DNA of 64,000 nt from assembly GCA_904378095.1 (NCBI GenBank), contig CAJFHE010000007.1, positions 5,457 to 69,456 on the forward strand, read 5' to 3'. This DNA is from an uncultured Clostridia bacterium (lineage in GTDB: Bacteria; Bacillota; Clostridia; TANB77; CAG-508). The notes beneath the pieces are model-generated. The model was not told the DNA's origin, made no database searches, and was given only the letters and a program-made list of their open reading frames with translations. Position numbers and translations under genes: made by a program. Shown piece after piece: positions 56,392-64,000 of this stretch. Numbering within the stretch: the stretch's first letter is position 1; every line of letters begins with the position of its first letter.

Positions 56392-57283
56392 GAAATTCCT
56401 CCCATATTTTAAGTAAAAGATTATCAATACACATATCATGATTTGCATTAGAGGATAATCTCTTTTTTGTAGTTTCTACTATTCCTATTGAATTAATATA
56501 TTTCTCTTCATTTGTGTTACGCAATTTATTTAAAAATACTATATTAAAATAATCAAGTAAATCTATTATATTATCTTTTGATTTATATAAGACATCAGCT
56601 TCATTCCAAATATCGACAATATCTTTATTAGATAAATCATTAATAATTTGATTTAAATCATTGTATAATCCAGCTTCATCATTTACACTAATTAGCTTTG
56701 AAATGCTGCCATCGCAAGTGCCTATCAAATCGTCACTTATTGATATATTATGAGAATTTGCATATTTTAACAAATCATCGTTTGATAATTTATTAAAAGC
56801 AATTTTAGTACATCTTGATTTTATTGTATTTAGCAATTTACTTTCATTGGATGCTACTAAAATAATGTGTGCATACTCTGGTGGCTCTTCCAAAGTTTTT
56901 AACAAGCAGTTTTGTGCTTCTACAGTCATCAAATCACTGTTATTTATAATATAAACTTTACTTTCAGAAACAATTGGCTTTTCAGAGATTTGCTCTTGTA
57001 AATCTCTTACCTGAGCAATTTTTATATTTTTCCCATCTTCAGAATCAATAAAATTAAAATCAGGATGGTTATTACTATTAAACTTAATACATGAAGAACA
57101 AGTATTACAAGCTTTATTGTCACTCAAACATAATATCATCTTAGCTAGTTCTCTTGCAAAAAGACTTTTACCAATACCATCAGCTCCGATAAACATATAG
57201 CTATGTACTAAGTTGTTTGTATTTATTGAATTATTTAACAATTGTTTTACATTATCATTTCCAATAATATTACTAAAATTCAA
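56369..57283 (-). CDS. holB: DNA polymerase III delta-prime subunit
   Basis: HSYMFIGADGIGKS, CxxCxxC zinc module (CNTCSSC), LLKTLEEPP. TTG start. Confidence 0.8.
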   Translation of the reverse strand: MNFSNIIGNDNVKQLLNNSINTNNLVHSYMFIGADGIGKSLFARELAKMILCLSDNKACNTCSSCIKFNSNNHPDFNFIDSEDGKNIKIAQVRDLQEQISEKPIVSESKVYIINNSDLMTVEAQNCLLKTLEEPPEYAHIILVASNESKLLNTIKSRCTKIAFNKLSNDDLLKYANSHNISISDDLIGTCDGSISKLISVNDEAGLYNDLNQIINDLSNKDIVDIWNEADVLYKSKDNIIDLLDYFNIVFLNKLRNTNEEKYINSIGIVETTKKRLSSNANHDMCIDNLLLKIWEEFHESYNRG

Positions 57284-57298
57284 AATTTCACTCCTAAA

Positions 57299-57943
57299 TT
57301 AACTAACTTCACCAAATAAATTTAAAGGCCAAAATCTAATCCATACTTTTCCTTCGATTTTTTCTAATGGAATACAACCAAATGCTCTACTATCTGTAGA
57401 AAAATCTCTGTTATCACCTAAGGCAAAAACACAATTTTCAGGTACTACTAAATCAGAAAAAGCAAAATTACCCATGTTTGTTGTTACTCCATCTTGCAAA
57501 TATGGCTCATCCAATTCTTCTCCATTAATATAAACTTTGCCATCATAAATTTGTACATGGTCTCCAGGTAAACCAATTACCCTTTTAATATAACTTTCCT
57601 TACCAATTTCTAATACATGAAAAACGAAATTGCTAAACCAATTTGTAGGCTCATTAGAATATTTTGCAATTACATCATCACTTTTAAACTCATCAGCTGT
57701 AATGTATGTTTTATCAGGAGCCTCAAATGTAATTATATCACCACGTTCAGGCATTTGCTTTGTGGTTCTTGTCCACCTATTTAAAATTAATCGTTGATTT
57801 TCCATTAAAGTAGGCCTCATAGATGATTGCTTTACTATTGTTGGTGTTCCAATATAGTATCTAATTAATAGAGCTAGTATAAATGCAATTAATATACATA
57901 TTATCCATTCTATTATATCTTTTGTTTTGTCACTTAACTTCAT
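57299..57943 (-). CDS. lepB: signal peptidase I
   Basis: SMRPTL, KRVIGLPGD, GDNRDFSTDSR boxes. Confidence 0.85.
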   Translation of the reverse strand: MKLSDKTKDIIEWIICILIAFILALLIRYYIGTPTIVKQSSMRPTLMENQRLILNRWTRTTKQMPERGDIITFEAPDKTYITADEFKSDDVIAKYSNEPTNWFSNFVFHVLEIGKESYIKRVIGLPGDHVQIYDGKVYINGEELDEPYLQDGVTTNMGNFAFSDLVVPENCVFALGDNRDFSTDSRAFGCIPLEKIEGKVWIRFWPLNLFGEVS

Positions 57944-58180
57944 TTTAAATTCATTCCTTTCTGCTTGCAAAAGAATTTGTATTTAACAAAATTACTATAA
58001 TATTATATATTTTTTTTTCAAACTTATCAATGGTTTTACAAAAAAATGAATAAATTTGTAAAGAAAAGAAAAAATAAAATAGTAATTGACAATAAAAAGA
58101 AATTGAATTATTATTTATATAGCAAATTATGAGATTTATATAAGGTTATTTAAAACTCTAAAACAAAGGAGGAATTTATT

Positions 58181-59059
58181 TTGAAAATAAAAGATGAAAA
58201 AGGCTCTATGGCAGTATATGTCCTAATTGTGCTTTTAAGTATGCTACTAATGCTAACAACAGTATTTCTAACGTCAAATTCGGCACGTAAGTCACAACTA
58301 AAAACAGTTATGGGGATAAAACAAGCATATGAAGCTGATAATGATAAAGCGGCAGAGATATATAATAGCATTACTAAGAAGAGCAAAAATAAAACAATAT
58401 CTTATGTAACTGATGGTTTAATACTCTATTATGATGCAGTAAATAATACTGGAAATGGACATAGTAATACTGAGACAACATGGAAAGATTTAAGTGGAAA
58501 TGGGAATGATTTAGTACTATCAAATTTTGACAATACTGCAACAAGTGGTTGGAGCGAAAATGCTCTTAACTTTGACGGAATAGATGATTTTGGAGCCATA
58601 TCTACATTAGCTCAAACATTACAAGGGGATGTTACAATTTCAACTAGGATTTATTCACAAAATGCAAATAATTATAGAGGAATATATGGAAATTACCAGG
58701 AGACAGATTATGGAATAAGTGGAATGCTAGCACAATATCAAGACGGATTGATGAGAATAGGATATAATAGTAATATTGTAGAAATAAACTCTGATTTAAT
58801 TACAAATAAAGAATTAACATTAACTATACAAATGGGAGCAAGTATAGGAACAAAAGTATATATAAATGGAAATTTGGTAGGAGAAAAACATACAGACTCG
58901 GACTCAGCACAACCAGAAGCTGACTTTTGGATTGGAAAATCTTTTAATACAACTGACAGATATTTTTTAGGAAAAATGAATAATTTTATGGTATATAACA
59001 GGCTTTTATCTGATGCAGAGATAAAGCAAAATTATGGAGTAGATGAAGCAAAATATTAG
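58181..59059 (+). CDS. LamG (concanavalin-like lectin) domain protein with pseudopilin-like hydrophobic N-terminus
   Basis: TTG start after AAGGAGG. KGSMAVYVLIVLLSMLLMLTTVFL. LamG-type ...LNFDGIDD...GKMNNFMVYNRLLSDAEIKQNY. Confidence 0.5.
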   Translation: MKIKDEKGSMAVYVLIVLLSMLLMLTTVFLTSNSARKSQLKTVMGIKQAYEADNDKAAEIYNSITKKSKNKTISYVTDGLILYYDAVNNTGNGHSNTETTWKDLSGNGNDLVLSNFDNTATSGWSENALNFDGIDDFGAISTLAQTLQGDVTISTRIYSQNANNYRGIYGNYQETDYGISGMLAQYQDGLMRIGYNSNIVEINSDLITNKELTLTIQMGASIGTKVYINGNLVGEKHTDSDSAQPEADFWIGKSFNTTDRYFLGKMNNFMVYNRLLSDAEIKQNYGVDEAKY

Positions 59060-59072
59060 TAAATAGATATTA

Positions 59073-59125
59073 TTTATAAAGACGGAACATGTTAAAAAGT
59101 TATAAACATGTTTCGTCTTTATAAA
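59073..59125 (+). terminator. 21-bp stem hairpin after the LamG gene
   Basis: TTTATAAAGACGGAACATGTT / AACATGTTTCGTCTTTATAAA (one G-T pair). Confidence 0.55.
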
Positions 59126-59170
59126 ATTAAATATTAATTTAAGATTAACTTTTAATTGAGAGACAATATG

Positions 59171-59208
59171 AAATCTTGTTTTTGGGGACGGAGGAAAAAA
59201 CAAGATTT
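59171..59208 (+). repeat. F1 element (A-run one nt shorter)
   Basis: AAATCTTGTTTTTGGGGACGGAGGAAAAAACAAGATTT. Confidence 0.9.
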
Positions 59209-59241
59209 TATAAAAAACTATACATAATTTAACGTAAAACA

Positions 59242-59270
59242 TTGACGTTTTGCCTATTTCCGTATATAAT
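59242..59270 (+). promoter_or_regulatory. promoter for minDE
   Basis: TTGACG, 17-nt spacer, TATAAT. Confidence 0.55.
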
Positions 59271-59353
59271 ATTAATGTTTAAAATTGTGCATTTTTATTG
59301 ATTACAAAATACAACTTATAAAAGTTGCTTTAAATTTACAAGGAGGAGAATAT

Positions 59354-60154
59354 ATGGGAGAGGTTATAGTTATAACATCTGGAAAAGGTGGAGTAGGAAA
59401 AACAACTACAACTGCTAACCTAGGTGCAGCTCTAGCTTTAAGAGGGAAAAAAGTTGCTCTAGTTGATACAGATATTGGATTAAGAAACCTAGATGTTGTA
59501 ATGGGCTTAGAAAACAGGATTGTGTATGACATAGTTGATGTCGTAGAAGAAAAGTGCAAACTAAGACAAGCCCTTATTAAAGACAAAAGGTTTAACGAGC
59601 TTTTCTTATTACCAGCAGCCCAAACAAGAGATAAAAGTGCAATAAATGAAGAACAAATGAAAGAACTAATTGGAAAACTAAAAGATGAATTTGATTACAT
59701 ATTAATAGACTGTCCTGCAGGAATTGAGCAAGGCTTTAAAAATGCTATTGCTGGAGCAGATAGAGCAATAGTAGTAACAACTGCTGAAATATCAGCAATT
59801 AGAGATGCTGATAGAATTATAGGTTTACTCGAGGCATCTGAAATAAAAAACCCTGAGTTAGTAATAAACAGAATCAGACCAGCAATGATAAAAAAGGGTG
59901 AAATGATGGACGTTGAGGACATCGTAGATTTATTATCTATTGATTTGATTGGTGTAGTACCAGATGATGAGTACATAATAACTCAAACTAATAAAGGAGA
60001 GCCAGTTGTTACTAAGGAGAAGGCACCTTCAGGAAAGGCATATACAGAAATAGCAAGAAGAATTTTAGGTGAAAATGTAGATGTAACAGTTCCAGGTAGA
60101 AAAGAAGGTCTATTTAGTAAAATGAAAGGTTTTTTCGCAAAAGGTAAACATTAA
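59354..60154 (+). CDS. minD: septum site-determining ATPase MinD
   Basis: VITSGKGGVGKTTTTANLG deviant Walker A. AGGAGG RBS. Confidence 0.9.
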   Translation: MGEVIVITSGKGGVGKTTTTANLGAALALRGKKVALVDTDIGLRNLDVVMGLENRIVYDIVDVVEEKCKLRQALIKDKRFNELFLLPAAQTRDKSAINEEQMKELIGKLKDEFDYILIDCPAGIEQGFKNAIAGADRAIVVTTAEISAIRDADRIIGLLEASEIKNPELVINRIRPAMIKKGEMMDVEDIVDLLSIDLIGVVPDDEYIITQTNKGEPVVTKEKAPSGKAYTEIARRILGENVDVTVPGRKEGLFSKMKGFFAKGKH

Positions 60155-60172
60155 TACTATTGGAGGTTAAGT

Positions 60173-60727
60173 ATGTTTGAAAGCATAACACAATTTTTTA
60201 GAAGATTTAAAAAAAGCGAAAAAGAAGAATCAAAAAGTACTGCAAAAGAGAGGCTACATCTAGTGTTGGCTCAAGATAGGGCGAACATTTCGGCAGATTT
60301 TTTGGAAATGATGAAACAGGAAATATTAGAAGTAATTAAAAAATACATAGATATAGATGAAAAGGCAATTGATGTAAGACTAACGAATAAAGAAGGCGAA
60401 GATGGCTCAATGGGAGCACCAGCCTTATATGCAAATATACCAATAATAACTATAAAAAATGAAGCAAGAAAATTAGAAGGAAGTTTAAAAAAAGAAGATT
60501 CGCTTGAAATAGAAAGTGACGAAGCAATAAATGTTGAAGAGCATGAAAATAATTTAAATGCTAAAATTAATGAAGTGGACATCGAAGAAAATAATGAAGA
60601 AACAGGTGAAGCAGAGTCTGAAGAAAGAAGTGGGGATGAGAATAAAGAAGACAATATAGACAGAGAGCAAGAGCACTTGGCTGAAATTAATGTAGATGAG
60701 GTTGATGATGAAGAGAAAAATTCTTAA
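60173..60727 (+). CDS. minE: MinE topological specificity factor with an about 90-aa acidic C-terminal extension
   Basis: N-terminal about 95 aa match MinE (KERLHLVLAQDRANISADFLEMMKQEILEVIKKY). The remainder is E/D/N-rich. Confidence 0.75.
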   Translation: MFESITQFFRRFKKSEKEESKSTAKERLHLVLAQDRANISADFLEMMKQEILEVIKKYIDIDEKAIDVRLTNKEGEDGSMGAPALYANIPIITIKNEARKLEGSLKKEDSLEIESDEAINVEEHENNLNAKINEVDIEENNEETGEAESEERSGDENKEDNIDREQEHLAEINVDEVDDEEKNS

Positions 60728-61815
60728 AAATATAGAATGGGGAATACTAATATGTACTATCATTCTAGTTGCAATAGGACTTGTGGCATTAACATCTGCA
60801 ACACAGAACTCAGATTATGAAGAATTAAAAAGACAAATAATGTGGGTTATAATCAGTATTCCAGTAATTATTATTATTATTTTTATTGATTATGATTTTA
60901 TAGCTAAAATATCACCAATACTATATGGAATAATAATAGCTCTTTTAATAGGAGTATTGTTTACAGAGCCAATAAATGGAGCAACTAGTTGGTTTAATAT
61001 AGGCTCAGTTTCGCTTCAGCCAGCAGAATTTGCTAAAATTATATGTATATTAATGTTGTCACTTGTAATAACAAAAATACAGAAAAACGGAAAAGATGAA
61101 ATAAGCAGAATTCCAAAACTTGCAATAGTATTAGTAACTTTTTTGGTACCTACATTATTAATTATTAAACAGCCAGATTATGGAACAGCCATGGCTTTCG
61201 CTGTGGCATTAGTTTTTATATTGTTTGTGGCAGGAATAAAGAAAAGATATATCATAGGAGCTATTATATTAGTAATTATAGCTGTACCACTTTTGTATTT
61301 TTTTGTGCTTCCAGAGCATGCAAAAACTAGAATAGATGTATTCCTTAATCCTGACTTAGATCCTAGAGGAGCTGGATATAATGTTATTCAATCTAAGCTT
61401 GCAATAGGTGCTGGACAATTACTAGGTATGGGACTGTTTAAAGGAAATCAAACGCAATTAGGATTTTTATATCCAAAAACTACGGACTTTATCTTTTCTT
61501 TAATATCAGAAGAGATGGGATTTATTGTCGCATCAGCTGTTATAATACTATATGTAGTTCTGATAACTAAAGCAATTTATGTAGCAAAAACTGCTAAAGA
61601 TGATTTGGGCTCATATATAGCGATAGGGATAGCACGGAGTATTTTTCTTCCATATGGTAGAAAATATTGGAATGACTATGGGGCTTTTGCCAATAACGGG
61701 AATTCCATTACCATTTGTAAGCTATGGAGGAAGCTCTTTATTAAGTAATTTTATTATGATAGGGATTTTGTTAAATATTTCGGGAAGAAGGCAAAAGGCG
61801 ATTTTTATAGACTAA
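60696..61815 (+). pseudogene. rodA: SEDS protein RodA/FtsW-family gene with a 1-nt frameshift near 61635
   Basis: The track ORF ends in nonsense ...GIARSIFLPYGRKYWNDYGAF... The +1 frame from 61636 reads GVFFFHMVENIGMTMGLLPITGIPLPFVSYGGSSLLSNFIMIGILLNISGRRQKAIFID* (stop 61813-61815). Confidence 0.85.
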
Positions 61816-61828
61816 AAAGGAGAAATTA

Positions 61829-62800
61829 ATGTATTTAAAAAAACTAAAAGTAGGAAATGTAGAGTTACGAAACAACATACTTTTGGCTCCAATGGCAGGA
61901 ATAACAGACCTGCCTTTTAGATTGGTATGCGAAAAATATGGTGCAGGGTTATGTTGCACAGAAATGGTTAGTAGCAAGGGGATATATTATAATGATGCAA
62001 AAACAAAATTGTTATTAAATGTGGATAGTGAAAAAAGACCTGTTGCTGCTCAATTATTTGGAAGTGATATAAAGGCTCTTAAATTTGCTGCTAAGAATGT
62101 AAGTGAAGTTGTGGATATTATAGATATAAATATGGGTTGTCCTGCTCCTAAAATAGTAAAAAACGGTGATGGTAGTAAGTTACTTTTAAATCTAGAGCTT
62201 GTAAAACAAATTGCAACAGAAGTTGTAAAAGCATCAAAAGTTCCTGTAACAGTTAAAATAAGAAAAGGTTGGGACACTAATAATATTGTGGCAGTAGAAG
62301 TAGCTAAGATATTAGAAGAGGCTGGAGTGGATGCCATTACAATACATGGACGAACTAGAGAGGAGTATTATTCTGGAAAGGCAGATTGGGATATTATTAA
62401 AAAAGTGAAAGAAGCGGTAAACATTCCAGTTATAGGAAATGGAGATATACAGTCTAAAGAAGATGCTGAAAGGATGTTTAAAGAGACAAATGTGGATGGT
62501 ATAATGATTGGAAGAGCTGCAATAGGAAATCCATGGATATTTGAAGAGATAATTAATTACCTAGAAGGTAAAGAGCAGAGGATGATTACAAAAAAAGAAA
62601 GACTTGATACAATTATAGAGCATATTAATTTGGCAGTTGAAGAAAAAGGAGAGAAGATTGCTATTAAAGAAATGAGAAAACATTTGGCTTACTATATTAA
62701 AAACATGAAGGATGCAAGTAGAGTAAGAGAAAAAATAAATACTGTAGATACAAAACAGGAATTAATAGATTGTCTAAATGAATACTTTAAAAATATATAA
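61829..62800 (+). CDS. dusB: tRNA-dihydrouridine synthase
   Basis: LAPMAGITDLPFR, NMGCPAPK, HGRTR motifs. Confidence 0.85.
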   Translation: MYLKKLKVGNVELRNNILLAPMAGITDLPFRLVCEKYGAGLCCTEMVSSKGIYYNDAKTKLLLNVDSEKRPVAAQLFGSDIKALKFAAKNVSEVVDIIDINMGCPAPKIVKNGDGSKLLLNLELVKQIATEVVKASKVPVTVKIRKGWDTNNIVAVEVAKILEEAGVDAITIHGRTREEYYSGKADWDIIKKVKEAVNIPVIGNGDIQSKEDAERMFKETNVDGIMIGRAAIGNPWIFEEIINYLEGKEQRMITKKERLDTIIEHINLAVEEKGEKIAIKEMRKHLAYYIKNMKDASRVREKINTVDTKQELIDCLNEYFKNI

Positions 62801-62876
62801 AATAGAATGAAAGTAGATTAATGTATGTTAATCTACTTTTTTTATAACTAATGCAGGGAAAGGAAAGTGAATTTCA

Positions 62877-63515
62877 ATGATTAAAAAATTAAAAAATAAA
62901 AGAATTCTTATCTGTATAGTAATAGTTATTTTTGTAGTTTTAATTTTTTTAATATTTTTTATAAAAAATCATTATAAAATTTTTGAAACTGGTAATAATA
63001 TGAGTAATAAAAGTATTGAGGAAATTGAAAAATATATTTTAAATATTAGTTCATATGAAGCAAAAGTATCTGTAATAGTAGAAAGCAATAAAAATACTAA
63101 TAAATATGTCATATCACAAACATATATTGCACCAGATAAATCAAAGCAAATTGTATTAGAGCCAAGTAATTTAGAAGGCATAGAAATCGTTTATGACGGA
63201 CAACAGTTAAGTATTAATAATTCCAAGCTGAGCTTAAGTAAAGTTTATGAGGACTACGAATATGTAGTAGACAATGTGTTGTGCCTAGAATCATTTATAT
63301 CAGATTATCAAGAAGCCAAAAAAGAAAGCAGCTCAAAGCTATATGAGCAAGATGGTGAATATGTTTTTGAGGCAAAAACAAAAAGTGATAATAAATATAA
63401 TGAAAATAAAAAATTATTTATAGATAAAAGTACAGGAAAACCTACAAAATTATTGATTCAGGATATTAACGAAAAAACAGTAGTTTACATATTATATAAT
63501 GAGATAAAGATATAA
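62877..63515 (+). CDS. membrane-anchored LolA-like protein (YdcC-like by pattern and position)
   Basis: N-terminal TM. SYEAKVSVIVESNKNTNKYVISQTYIAPDK... In B. subtilis, ydcC lies upstream of alr-ndoAI-ndoA. Confidence 0.35.
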   Translation: MIKKLKNKRILICIVIVIFVVLIFLIFFIKNHYKIFETGNNMSNKSIEEIEKYILNISSYEAKVSVIVESNKNTNKYVISQTYIAPDKSKQIVLEPSNLEGIEIVYDGQQLSINNSKLSLSKVYEDYEYVVDNVLCLESFISDYQEAKKESSSKLYEQDGEYVFEAKTKSDNKYNENKKLFIDKSTGKPTKLLIQDINEKTVVYILYNEIKI

Positions 63516-63594
63516 CTTATACTATATCTCAAACTAGTTTTAAAATATATTAAAAGATAAGCCTTAAATATAGAAGCTAATAGGAGTGAAGAAT

Positions 63595-63942
63595 ATGGTA
63601 ATAAAAAGAGGAGATATGTTTTATGCTGATTTAAGTCCTGTAGTTGGCTCTGAGCAAGGTGGAGTAAGGCCAGTTTTAATTATTCAAAACGATGTAGGAA
63701 ATAAACATAGTCCGACAGTCATAGCAGCAGCAATTACATCACAGACTGGAAAAAACAAATTACCAACACATATAGAAATAGGCTCACAAGAAAATGGATT
63801 AAAGGCTGATTCAGTAGTTTTGACTGAGCAAATTAGAACAATAGATAAAAGTAGACTAAAGGAAAAAATAGGACATATAGATGATGAAAATGTGATATCT
63901 CAAATAAATAATGCTTTAGGAGTAAGCTTTGGATTAGAATGA
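63595..63942 (+). CDS. mazF: MazF/EndoA (PemK family) endoribonuclease toxin
   Basis: [33 protein letters not shown]...LPTHIEI...[11 protein letters not shown] closely resembles B. subtilis EndoA. AGGAG RBS. Confidence 0.88.
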   Translation: MVIKRGDMFYADLSPVVGSEQGGVRPVLIIQNDVGNKHSPTVIAAAITSQTGKNKLPTHIEIGSQENGLKADSVVLTEQIRTIDKSRLKEKIGHIDDENVISQINNALGVSFGLE

Positions 63943-63970
63943 GCGATTGGAGTGCATCCCCCAATCGCTC
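63941..63970 (+). terminator. hairpin after mazF
   Basis: GAGCGATTGG-N10-CCAATCGCTC. Confidence 0.5.
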
Positions 63971-63972
63971 AC

Positions 63973-64000
63973 AATCTTGTTTTTTTCCTCCGTCCCCAAA
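63973..64000 (-). repeat. F1 element, truncated by the window end
   Basis: AATCTTGTTTTTTTCCTCCGTCCCCAAA. Confidence 0.85.

Overview
Low-GC (about 30 percent by eye) Firmicutes/Clostridia-type chromosomal segment. The flanks are housekeeping and sporulation-associated: nrdG 3' end, dGTPase, cysK, rpsU, an M16 peptidase pair, Spo0E-like, cwlD, a two-component system, a 4-subunit 2-oxoacid:ferredoxin oxidoreductase, ferredoxin, yaaT/ricT, holB, lepB, minDE, rodA, dusB and mazF. The centre (about 9.5-38 kb) is accessory-looking. (1) A 14-kb co-directional Gram-positive T4SS-like module has three tandem VirB2/TrbC-like pilin paralogs, a PrgI/VirB3-like protein, a VirB4 ATPase, a VirB6-like polytopic protein, two NTF2-like bitopic proteins and a lysozyme+M23 wall hydrolase. 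No relaxase, coupling ATPase or integrase is visible in the window. (2) A PBP5-type DD-carboxypeptidase follows, then tRNA-Gly and tRNA-Cys. (3) A surface locus encodes a 1.4-kaa adhesin with a predicted Cys-Gln thioester (TED/TQXA-like) head and five DUF11-type modules, an Ig-like protein, a REC-GGDEF(GGDDF) protein, and a 1644-aa alpha-2-macroglobulin-family thioester protein (GCFEQ) with an about 240-aa eight-helix membrane block at the bait-region position. Phased 11-bp (A/G)TTACA arrays sit before and after the pilin genes and upstream of the adhesin gene, suggesting co-regulation. A 39-nt palindromic element (AAATCTTGTTTTTGGGGACGGAGGAAAAAAACAAGATTT) occurs at least 9 times. It has no stop codon in any of six frames. 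It mostly sits just after stop codons, but three copies are translated in-frame inside genes. Three conserved genes carry frame disruptions: rpsU (8-bp tandem duplication), a giant cyclic beta-1,2-glucan synthase-like gene (1-nt indel) and rodA (1-nt indel). These may be sequence errors or real decay. Other oddities are a GC-rich mini-cassette, a perfect 33-bp palindrome between the response regulator and kinase genes, a perfect 49-bp tandem duplication inside the oxidoreductase operon, MazF with no adjacent antitoxin, and MinE with a long acidic tail. All functional calls come from motif recognition by eye; no database search was run.
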